A DNA stretch of 64,000 nt from Nitrospirota bacterium (GTDB taxonomy: Bacteria > Nitrospirota > Nitrospiria > Nitrospirales > Nitrospiraceae), in assembly GCA_963703955.1 (NCBI GenBank), contig CAVPGK010000013.1, positions 1 to 64,000 of the forward strand, in the 5' to 3' direction. A program made the translations under genes and the position numbers. Under the pieces are notes generated by a model. The model was not told the origin of the DNA. It did no database searches and saw only the letters and a list, made by a program, of their open reading frames with translations. Shown here piece by piece: positions 1 to 9,429 of the stretch (positions are counted from its first letter, which is position 1; every line of letters begins with the position of its first letter).

Positions 1-1229
1 AACCTCCCCTGATTTTGTGGACACCTCTTAGGCATAATGCCAAGAAGGAGGTGTATCCGATGAAGAGAGACCGACGAATATTTAGTTCGGAGTTCAAGCA
101 GGAGGCCATCGCGCTGGTGCGCCGCAGTGGCCAGAGTGCCAATCAGGTGGCAAAGGAACTGGGGATCAATCAAACCACGTTGAGCCGATGGCAGCGTGAG
201 GCCAATAGCACGCTGCCGGGGACGAATGGATTTCAGGCGGCGGAGGAACTCAAACAGTTACGCCGTGAAGTTGAACGGCTTCGCATGGAGCGGGACATCC
301 TGAAAAAAGGCGGCAGCCTTCTTCGCCAAGGAGTCGGCATGAGGTATGGCTTCATTCAGGCGGAGAAGGCGCAGTATCCCGTCGAGATGTTGTGTCGGGT
401 CATGGCCGTCGCTCGTAGTGGGTTCTATGCTTGGCGTCGGCACCCCGAGAGGGCGCGCGATCGAGCGAATCACTGGCTGGGGGCACACCTGCGGGCATGT
501 TATCAGGAATTTCGAGGACGGTATGGGAGTCCGCGTCTGCATCGGGAACTCCAGGCCCGAGGGATTCGCGTCGGCCGTCATCGCGTGGCCCGGCTGATGC
601 GGCTGCACGGTCTGCGGAGTATCTGCCGTCGCCACTATCGGCGGCCACGGCCGTGTCCTCCAGAGATGATGGCCGCCAACGACTTGCAGCGGAACTTCAC
701 GGCCACCCGCCCGAATCACAAATGGGTGGGCGACATCACGTACATTGCGACCCGCGAGGGCTGGCTGTATCTCGCCGTGTTGTTGGATCTTTATTCTCGG
801 CGCATTGTGGGATGGGCCATGGGGACGCAGATGACCACGGCCCTGACCATGCAGGCATTGGAGATGGCCCTGCACCAGCGTCCGGCCGTGTCAGGGTTGC
901 TCCATCATTCGGACCGAGGCTGTCAGTATGCCGCCGTCACCTACCAGCAACGGCTGACTGCCCTGGGGATTCACGGCTCGATGAGTCGCCCCGGCAATTG
1001 TTGGGACAATGCGGTGGTGGAAAGCTTCTTTGCCACGCTGAAGACCGAACTGGTCCATCACCGACGGTTTCAGACACGGCAGGAGGCCAAGACCGAGATT
1101 TTCGAGTATCTGGAAGGGTTCTATAATCGGCGGCGGCGGCATTCCACCTTGGGCTATCTCAGCCCGGCGGAGTTTGAACGGCAGGCAGGGCAAGTCATAC
1201 GGGCTGTCCACTAAATCGGGGAAAGATCA
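1..1229 (+). mobile_element. IS3-family insertion sequence (left end starts about 2 nt before the window)
   Basis: Left end aacctcccctgattttgtggaca is an imperfect inverted repeat of tgtccactaaatcggggaaagatca (1205-1229, ending in CA); the repeats enclose a transposase. Confidence 0.93.
60..1214 (+). CDS. IS3-family transposase; OrfA (HTH) and OrfB (DDE/rve) are in one frame in this sequence
   Basis: Motifs FSSEFKQEAI, WVGDITYI, HHSDRGCQY, CWDNAVVESFF, YNRRRRHSTLGYLSP; GGAGG before ATG 60. Confidence 0.93.
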   Translation: MKRDRRIFSSEFKQEAIALVRRSGQSANQVAKELGINQTTLSRWQREANSTLPGTNGFQAAEELKQLRREVERLRMERDILKKGGSLLRQGVGMRYGFIQAEKAQYPVEMLCRVMAVARSGFYAWRRHPERARDRANHWLGAHLRACYQEFRGRYGSPRLHRELQARGIRVGRHRVARLMRLHGLRSICRRHYRRPRPCPPEMMAANDLQRNFTATRPNHKWVGDITYIATREGWLYLAVLLDLYSRRIVGWAMGTQMTTALTMQALEMALHQRPAVSGLLHHSDRGCQYAAVTYQQRLTALGIHGSMSRPGNCWDNAVVESFFATLKTELVHHRRFQTRQEAKTEIFEYLEGFYNRRRRHSTLGYLSPAEFERQAGQVIRAVH

Positions 1230-1254
1230 TACTTCACAAAGGAGCCTAAGGACC

Positions 1255-1689
1255 ATGCGATCTACCCTCGTCTTCTTTCTCCTCATTGGTCTCTCAACCC
1301 TTTTCTCGGGCGGATGCGCGACGATGGCGAACATTGATCAGCAAGTTAGCGTGACGACACAGCCGGATGACGCTAACGTAACCCTAGGTAGCATTACTGG
1401 GTCCACTCCTATGAGTGCTACGGTGCCTGGAGGATACAGTATCCCTCAATCAATCCAAGTCGCAAAAGAAGGCTACCAACCGCAAACGGTCGCTATTCAG
1501 CGCGGATTCAGAACATCACACCTTGTCCAAGATCTCTTCCCTGGACTGCTCTTAGGACCAATCCCCCTGCTTGTCGATGCCATCACGGGAGACTGGTGGT
1601 ACGTGGCGAACACGAATTATCACATTAAGCTGCGACCCCTTATGAGCTCCGCTAATTCCGCCCCAGCCTCGCGCCAAGAAGTAAAGTAG
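1255..1689 (+). CDS. Putative lipoprotein with PEGA-like domain
   Basis: AAGGAG RBS, hydrophobic signal ending SGGC, TQPDDANV and KEGYQPQT PEGA-like motifs. Confidence 0.7.
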   Translation: MRSTLVFFLLIGLSTLFSGGCATMANIDQQVSVTTQPDDANVTLGSITGSTPMSATVPGGYSIPQSIQVAKEGYQPQTVAIQRGFRTSHLVQDLFPGLLLGPIPLLVDAITGDWWYVANTNYHIKLRPLMSSANSAPASRQEVK

Positions 1690-1811
1690 CCGCGCAGAGG
1701 ATGATCGCGAGAGATCTTCCCCCCAGGTCTCTCGCGCGTTCCCACCGGCTGTGTGCCTCATGAAAGCATGAAAGTCTTGGTCCTCTCTGTCATTTCCACC
1801 AATACAAAATG

Positions 1812-1857
1812 TGGTTGTGGAGGAAGGATTTGAACCTTCGACCTTTGGGTTATGAGC
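1812..1857 (-). pseudogene. Degenerate 3' half of tRNA-fMet (att-site scar)
   Basis: Minus strand reads GCTCATAACCCAAAGGTCGAAGGTTCAAATCCTTCCTCCACAACCA: CAT anticodon loop, T-arm and CCA; 5' half absent. Confidence 0.8.
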
Positions 1858-2209
1858 ACTAATCTCCTTAACTTTGAACCCATTGAAAGGCGTGTAAACA
1901 CTAGAGAGGGCGCGGACAGGAGTGGTCCAGGAACCGACCACCTGTCTGCACCCTTGCATCCCGGCTGCACCCTCAAAATTGGTCCCCATCCCCTCGGTAC
2001 GGCAGCTTGCCACGTGGGAACCGATTTGAACGCGGCACCAAGTTTCGGCGGCTGGACTCGCTAGTACTAGCGGCAAGCATCTCCAGCATCTGGAAGAACA
2101 AGCCGATGGCCGCCAGACTACGCCGATGGCGTGCGGGGATGCACGAAAAGCAACCGCCACGATTCACTGGGCGCCGGAGCGAATAACCTTCGTCGTGGAC
2201 AAAGCCGGC

Positions 2210-2476
2210 TCATTCATAGAGATCGAGCAGACGCTCGATCGTGACGTTGATCCGCTCCAGGTAGGCGAGCGGAAAGGCGGCTGCGAAGAGCAGCTGAAGC
2301 GCGACCCGATTGATCGCCTCGATCTTTAGTTCGCAGCGAAATCCATCGAACCATTCGTCGCGTGTGACCCCGGCGGTCACGCCGGCCGCGACGAGCGCCG
2401 CGCGATGTGTCTCGATATGGCGGTCGATCTGCGCGCGATCGGCGGAACGCGGCAGGACGAAGGTGAGCAACTCCAC
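2210..2476 (-). CDS. Small GC-rich hypothetical protein, possibly of mobile origin
   Basis: 88-aa ORF with GC-rich codon use abutting the broken integrase. Confidence 0.35.
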   Translation of the reverse strand: MELLTFVLPRSADRAQIDRHIETHRAALVAAGVTAGVTRDEWFDGFRCELKIEAINRVALQLLFAAAFPLAYLERINVTIERLLDLYE

Positions 2477-2478
2477 GA

Positions 2479-2956
2479 GATGCGATTAGAGGAAATTCTG
2501 ACATTGACGTGGGATCGGGTGGACTCGGAGAAGAGCCGCATCTTTCTGCCCGGCTCGTTGACCAAGACGGGGAAAGACCGTGACGTGCCGATGACGCCGA
2601 CGCTTCGGCGAGCCTTGCAGGAGCTTCGCCATCAGGACGGCGTGGCCCGGATTCAGGGCCTCGTGTTTACGAAGGAGGGCAAGAAGATTACCCATAGCTA
2701 TCGGGTGGTGCAGCGGCTCTGCCAGGACCAGAAGATCGAGAACCTCGTCCTCCATGATCTGCGTCACTGTGCGGTGACGAATCTGGCGGACGCCGGCGTG
2801 GATACGGAAACGATCATGAAGATCGTGGGCCACTCGTCGGTCGAAATGTTTCTCCGGTACCGTGGGATCAAGGCTGAACGGCTGGACGCCGCCATGAGCA
2901 AGCTCGACCTCGCGCTTAACACCCTAATAGCACCCGCCTCAGAAGCTGCTAGCTAA
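2479..2956 (+). pseudogene. 5'-truncated tyrosine recombinase/integrase (catalytic C-terminal half)
   Basis: MRLEEILTLTWDRVD, LHDLRH, IVGHSSVEMFLRY motifs; N-terminal half missing; ends 30 nt from the tRNA 3' end. Confidence 0.85.
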
Positions 2957-2986
2957 GTGAGCAGAAGTCTTGCGGAAGAAGAGAGT

Positions 2987-3073
2987 TGGTGCCGAAGCCG
3001 GGATTTGAACCCGGACACCCGTGAGGGCGCTAGACCCTGAATCTAGTGCGTCTGCCAGTTCCGCCACTTCGGC
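2987..3073 (-). tRNA. tRNA-Leu(CAG)
   Basis: GCCGAAGTGGCGGAACTGGCAGACGCACTAGATTCAGGGTCTAG...GGGTTCAAATCCCGGCTTCGGCACCA; anticodon arm CTAGA-TTCAGGG-TCTAG, long variable arm, encoded CCA. Confidence 0.97.
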
Positions 3074-3119
3074 ACGGCATGTACTTTAGAGGATATGTCT
3101 GATCAGCCTCTCAGTGGGC

Positions 3120-3384
3120 AAGTGTTAATACTGTCCAAACGAGAAGCATACCGTTTGAACGTCTTCTCAGGCTTGTGATCCACAATCGTCATCGCGGTCA
3201 ACCCATTTGAGGTTCACATCGCACGTGCCGCATATCACGGAACCGGAAGTCTTTCAGCCCCGTTCGACTCCTCGCGTTGTCAAAGTCGGTCCGTATGCTT
3301 CTGAACGACTGACCATTTCGAATGAACATCTTGTCGGAAATACCCAACTTTATACAAGTCACGGAAGATCTGTGTCAATTCCGC
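3120..3384 (-). pseudogene. Heavily decayed second tyrosine integrase remnant (not in the ORF track)
   Basis: Manual translation across frameshifts gives ...FDNARSRTGLKDFRFRDMRH... and ...TAMTIVDHKPEKTFKRY, i.e. degenerate HxxRH and GH...Y boxes. Confidence 0.7.
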
Positions 3385-3489
3385 TGGTGTTGGCCAGTTG
3401 GCAGGTCGTCAACAGGGCTGGCTTGACTGCATGATCCCGTTGACTATCGCAGAGAAGGCGCGTTGTTCGGAATCAAACACCAGGGAGGT

Positions 3490-3762
3490 TTACATAACCA
3501 CATTACGACTAGGATGTGTATACGGTATTACAGGTCGTGGGTGCTCGGCCTCGTAGTTCTTCAATGCAGCGGTGCATTCGTCCCACTGGCGCGAATTCTC
3601 CTCCCACGACAGCCGTGGGTCGTACCTGTGGCCACAGAGCGGACCGTCATTGATTGCATACCACCCCGTATCCCACGCCACCTTGTCAGCGTAGTATTGT
3701 TGCCACGCGTATGTGGCGCACCCCGCGAGCATCACCGCAACAGCTGCGAGCATCGTCTTCAT
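3490..3762 (-). CDS. Small lipoprotein
   Basis: MKTMLAAVAVMLAGC lipobox, GAGG RBS. Confidence 0.6.
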   Translation of the reverse strand: MKTMLAAVAVMLAGCATYAWQQYYADKVAWDTGWYAINDGPLCGHRYDPRLSWEENSRQWDECTAALKNYEAEHPRPVIPYTHPSRNVVM

Positions 3763-3874
3763 GCGACACCTCTTTCTTAAGTAGTCTAGAGCCTTTACTG
3801 ACGACCCGCCAGCGTGGTTAGCCTGCGTAACAAGCGGAATCGAAGGGCATCGCTCGTGCGTTGGTTCCCCGGAG

Positions 3875-4702
3875 TCACCGTGATGCGCCCTTACTCCGCC
3901 AGCGCCACTCCTTCCATGTCTCATCAAGCATCCCGCTTCGCACCGCGATCACGACGGCATTCACGAGATCATGGGTGTAGAGCTTCTTTTTGATGCTCTG
4001 CAGGTGCTCCCGGACCGTGCGGGCGCTGATCCCCTCCGCCACCGCAATTTGCTTAACGAGTTCTCCCATTGCGCGACGTTGCACGATGAGGGTTTCGCGG
4101 TTCGTGAGGAGTGGGCGCGGGCAAGCACGCTGGAGCGCCCGGCATAGGATCGGCACGAGCAACTGAAATCGGTTCAAATGGGTGCGGCAGCTCTCCTCGG
4201 AGCCCATGTTGAGAGCAAAATAGACCCAGAGGTCTTGGCTGACCAAGCCACCACCGAGCGAATATTGCAGATTGAGCTTCGTGATTCGCTCCAGAAGTTC
4301 AGGATCAAATTGGTCCTTTAGTCGCCTAGCGGCATCGAACCAGATATGAGTTTTTTTCGTCCGTAACCATTCCTGAAAGACCGGGCCCTTCCTCAGCATG
4401 CCTTTTGTGAGATACCAGCGCAAAAATTCTCTGTTAGGACCGAGATGAAAGATGAAGGCGATGGTCGTGTTCGCTGGGTACCCCCATCCGCAGACGAGGC
4501 CGCGGTAAGGAATCCATGTCTGCAGCTGGTTGAGGAGCTCACCAAACTGCTTCGGTGTACGACAACGAGATGCAGCAGCCTTCAGCTCTAGGAGGGATAC
4601 CGCGTGGTGAGAAGAAGGGATAAGTCCTCTTCGAGCCGCCTTGGAGCCAGATCGAACGTCTCGCTTGGCACTCGAAACTAATGAGATAGAACCGGAGCCC
4701 AT
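3875..4702 (-). CDS. LuxR-family regulator with autoinducer-binding-like domain (LuxR solo)
   Basis: N-terminal Y..x9..P..W pattern; C-terminal LTNRE...KQIAVAEGISARTVREHL HTH. Confidence 0.8.
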   Translation of the reverse strand: MGSGSISLVSSAKRDVRSGSKAARRGLIPSSHHAVSLLELKAAASRCRTPKQFGELLNQLQTWIPYRGLVCGWGYPANTTIAFIFHLGPNREFLRWYLTKGMLRKGPVFQEWLRTKKTHIWFDAARRLKDQFDPELLERITKLNLQYSLGGGLVSQDLWVYFALNMGSEESCRTHLNRFQLLVPILCRALQRACPRPLLTNRETLIVQRRAMGELVKQIAVAEGISARTVREHLQSIKKKLYTHDLVNAVVIAVRSGMLDETWKEWRWRSKGASR

Positions 4703-4863
4703 CTCGAACTACCCTTGAGCCCAAAGAGCACCCCTCCTATTTTACCAGCTTGCCATACTGGTGGATATCCGATAAAACCCGTGCACCAGCTTAGCGATCC
4801 TTAGAGCCGCATGCTTGCACGGGAGCTGGACGAGGATGTCCCAATGTCTCTTCTAGGAGGTTC

Positions 4864-5265
4864 ATGCCGCGTCTCATCCTCGTCATCGACGATGATTTCG
4901 ATACTCGGTGGATATTGCACGATCGGCTGACGGCCATGGGGTTCGACGTGGCCACCGCAAGTAGCGGTCATCATGGGCTGGCTCTCCTAGAGGAACACGC
5001 GTCGACCAGATGTCAGCCGGCCGGCATCCTGCTGAATTTGGTGATGCCCCGTCTCGACGGTAGAGCGATGCTTCAGAAGCTGCAAAAACGCTTCGTTCAT
5101 ATCCCTGTGATCATCATGGCCTCCGTGCCCGTTACACCGCACTTGGAAGAAGTCCTTCGACAGGGCGCGCGAGACATTATTATGAAGCCGTTCGATAATG
5201 AGTCGTTATCAGAGAAATGTTTCCGGCATTTCCCGGCTCCATTAGGTACTCCTATGGAACCGTGA
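4864..5265 (+). CDS. Single-domain response regulator receiver with the phospho-Asp replaced by Asn
   Basis: ILVIDDD, ILLNLVMP, IMKPF; AGGAGG RBS. Confidence 0.85.
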   Translation: MPRLILVIDDDFDTRWILHDRLTAMGFDVATASSGHHGLALLEEHASTRCQPAGILLNLVMPRLDGRAMLQKLQKRFVHIPVIIMASVPVTPHLEEVLRQGARDIIMKPFDNESLSEKCFRHFPAPLGTPMEP

Positions 5266-5300
5266 TCATCATGATCCCCGACCGCCTCAGCCTGCGTCAG

Positions 5301-6812
5301 TCAGTTGTTAGGTTTGCGCGGAGAGCTCACTGCTGTTGGCTGAAGACTCTTCTTCAACCGTCCCCATGGTGATGCCCAATCATCTGGATTCGGAATGTCG
5401 CGTGTATCGCCGCTGAGGATGATTTTCTCCCGTACCAGTCCGGCCGCAGCCATCAGGAATGGGGCGGGGATGAAAGGCGCCTCGTCCGCGACCAGCACAT
5501 CGAACCGCACGCGCTTGAATAAGGGGTCCGATGCGACACGCGCGGCTGTGGTCACGACGACTCGCTTATTTTGAATGAACGCCTGCCGGTTGGTACCCTC
5601 CTCCGCCGCGAGCAATTCTCTGATTTTCTTCGTCCCGCCCAAGCGAGTGATTTCTTCCTTCAATTCCTGATATTCGGGTCGGAGGTCTTTCGGAATGGCG
5701 GCTTCGGGGCTCAGCTCATCGACGCGTTGCTTAGCGACCTCCAATTCCCCTTTCAGCCTCTGAATGTTCAGCTCATGAATGGTCCGATAGTCCGCAAGTG
5801 TCCCGACGTTCTTGCCGACGGTCTGCATGGCCAAGCGCTTCCAAATCGGGATCGCCTCGTATTCCGCCAGCGTCGCATCGATCTCCTTAATCTTGTCTTG
5901 CAGGTCGGTGCATTGGGTGATCAGCCGCCACTCCAGCAACTTGACTTCATCGAGATCGCGTTGCTTCTCCGCTTTGTAGGCGAGGAGGGGAGTCAGTTCC
6001 CGAAACCGCTCATACTTCTTACGTAGGGTCGCCTTATCGCCTCTGGATCTCGCATAAAACTGATGCATCTGAGCCTCGAAGCCGAGATCCAGTAAGGCCA
6101 TGCCGGCAGCTTCCGGCTGGAGCGCTATTTCATACCGGCTGATCAAACTCTTGAATGTAAGCCCGCCAACCCGCAACGCGCGGGCGAGGATCCCCAGGCT
6201 TTCATCGGCGGCGCGGTGACTGGGGCTGATCAGCAGCAGCCGCTTATTGGCGCGAACGAGGCCGACTGCCTGCGCGGCGAGCTTGGCCCGGCGATCCGCG
6301 AGGTCGTCGCTCCACACGGTGCTGAAGACCGAGGGAGAGACGGTCGCACGTGCGGCCTCGTCGACGCCCTTCTCCGGATCAAGCCAGAGCAGGAGGCGCT
6401 CAGCCGGTCCCAATGCATAGGCCTCCGGTCTTATCGATAGGTCAGCCAATCGCCGCGAGACCGCATCGAAGAATGCCGTCGTATCCGGGACGATCGTGGC
6501 CGATTCGACCACCAGGCCGATCGCATCGAACGTCTGCACGAGAATTATCCGGTCCGAATGCGCGATGATGAAGCCTTCCGTTGGTTCGGCATTGCCGGGC
6601 GGAATGACGGTCACGGGCACATCTTCCAGCGACAGGGTGGTCGGTTGGGCGTCGGCCGGCAGCTCGAATGAGTACAGGAAGAGCTCGCCCGCTGAGGACT
6701 GGCGTCGGCCTCCCGACACGTGAACCGGAGCATCGAGCCCGGTGGTGGAAGCTCGATCCCTTTCCTGATCCAGGGCCTGGGAAAAGTGTTCGAGCAGGTC
6801 GCCGAGTTTCAT
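5301..6812 (-). CDS. SF1/Upf1-like AAA-domain protein with coiled coil and degenerate Walker A
   Basis: LLLISPSHRAAD, VVVTT, FDVLVADEA, IILSGD motifs; no GKT. Confidence 0.65.
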   Translation of the reverse strand: MKLGDLLEHFSQALDQERDRASTTGLDAPVHVSGGRRQSSAGELFLYSFELPADAQPTTLSLEDVPVTVIPPGNAEPTEGFIIAHSDRIILVQTFDAIGLVVESATIVPDTTAFFDAVSRRLADLSIRPEAYALGPAERLLLWLDPEKGVDEAARATVSPSVFSTVWSDDLADRRAKLAAQAVGLVRANKRLLLISPSHRAADESLGILARALRVGGLTFKSLISRYEIALQPEAAGMALLDLGFEAQMHQFYARSRGDKATLRKKYERFRELTPLLAYKAEKQRDLDEVKLLEWRLITQCTDLQDKIKEIDATLAEYEAIPIWKRLAMQTVGKNVGTLADYRTIHELNIQRLKGELEVAKQRVDELSPEAAIPKDLRPEYQELKEEITRLGGTKKIRELLAAEEGTNRQAFIQNKRVVVTTAARVASDPLFKRVRFDVLVADEAPFIPAPFLMAAAGLVREKIILSGDTRDIPNPDDWASPWGRLKKSLQPTAVSSPRKPNN

Positions 6813-6979
6813 GGCTGACGGGTCATGCGGTGTTCAGGACGAACACGTTCAAAAGGCAGTCTCTCTGGCAGCGAGGCGGCGTCGAAGGCGCGATGAGGTT
6901 TCGCATGCAGAGGTATCTTAAACGCGAGAACCAAGAGCTGTCCAGCATGGACTGTGAGCGAAGTTCCCGCTTCGTTCAA

Positions 6980-7008
6980 TTGACTTTTCCACGACCGGCC
7001 AGTATGCT
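6980..7008 (+). promoter_or_regulatory. Sigma70-like promoter for rplI-glyA-nrdR
   Basis: TTGACT-17 nt-TATGCT. Confidence 0.6.
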
Positions 7009-7118
7009 TTTTGCTTCATCAGACCCGGATAAATCCTACTGTTGCAACGACGTGGGCGAGGGGTCGACCACCGGAGTAGATTCCTGCGAAGTATTCGGCT
7101 TTGATAAGGAGCAGATTC

Positions 7119-7592
7119 ATGAAAGTGATTTTGCAAGAGAATGTCGAAGGAGTCGGCCATCTGGGAGACCTCCTGGATGTCTCCGACGGTTATGCGCGGA
7201 ACTATCTGTTCCCCCGGAAGAAGGCGCTCGAGGCCAATCCTCGGAACGTCAAGGCGCTGGAACATGCCAAGCGTGTCATGGCCGAAAAGGCCAAGAAGGA
7301 GAAAATGGAGATCGAGGCGTTCGCCAAGAAAGGTCTCGGCCGTACCCCTCACCATGACCGCCCAGGTCGGTAAGGATGACAAGCTGTTCGGGTCGGTGAC
7401 CGCGAAGGATATCGCCGAGGGGTTGGCCGAGAAAGGCTTTACTGTGGATCGGCGGAAAATACAGCTTCGGACAACCTATCAAAGAACTCGGCACGTTTGC
7501 GGTTCCGATCAAACTCCATCATGAGGTGACGGCCAGCGTGTCCGTCACGGTGGTCAAGAAGGAAGGAAGCCGAGTCACCGCCGGCTGAGTAG
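7119..7592 (+). CDS. rplI: 50S ribosomal protein L9 with apparent frameshifts (likely sequencing errors)
   Basis: [17 protein letters not shown]...GYARNYLFP, then [13 protein letters not shown] and PIKELGTF in shifted frames (about 7330 and 7467). Confidence 0.93.
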
Positions 7593-7634
7593 CCGGCTGG
7601 TCGAGTGTTCCTGAGCGAGGGGAGAGCATCGTAC

Positions 7635-8912
<1,278 letters not shown>

Positions 8913-8920
8913 GGCTTCTG

Positions 8921-9385
8921 GTGAAATGTCCCTTCTGCGATGATGTCGAAGATAAGGTCGTCGATTCCCGGATGGCCAAGGAGGGGCAGGTCATTCGCCG
9001 CCGGCGCGAGTGTCTCGCGTGCAAACGCCGCTATACGACCTATGAGCGGGTCGAAGAAAGCCTGCCGATGGTCGTCAAGAAAGACGGTCGACGCGAGCCG
9101 TTCGATCGCCAGAAGATCCTGTCCGGTTTGAAAAAAGCGTGCGAAAAGCGACCGGTCAGCACCGCCACGATCGAAGCGGTCACGGATCGGATAGAAAAGC
9201 ATATTCAGGAGATGGGCGAAACCGAGATTCTAAGCCGCACGGTGGGGGAAGAAGTCATGAAGGAATTGCATCAGCTCGATCAGGTCGCGTACGTTCGATT
9301 CGCGTCGGTCTATCGGGAGTTCAAGGACATCGACCAGTTCATGGATGAGCTGAAGGCCCTGGCCCGAGAACGACGGGAGAAGTAG
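8921..9385 (+). CDS. nrdR: Transcriptional repressor NrdR
   Basis: [18 protein letters not shown] cone, [10 protein letters not shown]. Confidence 0.97.
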   Translation: MKCPFCDDVEDKVVDSRMAKEGQVIRRRRECLACKRRYTTYERVEESLPMVVKKDGRREPFDRQKILSGLKKACEKRPVSTATIEAVTDRIEKHIQEMGETEILSRTVGEEVMKELHQLDQVAYVRFASVYREFKDIDQFMDELKALARERREK

Positions 9386-9429
9386 TCGCCCCCCTCGGTT
9401 CATTCCCAACACGACGTCACTGACTCAAA

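Noticed and set aside
1812..1890. Functional tRNA-Met
   Set aside because: No acceptor 5' strand or D-arm
7030..7115. Possible ZMP/ZTP riboswitch upstream of rplI-glyA (gtggg...accaccggag)
   Set aside because: The 3' CGCC...GCCTGGGC pseudoknot half is absent and the resemblance is only partial
7119..7592. Programmed frameshifting or true pseudogenisation of rplI
   Set aside because: Multiple unrelated indels across the window are better explained by sequencing error
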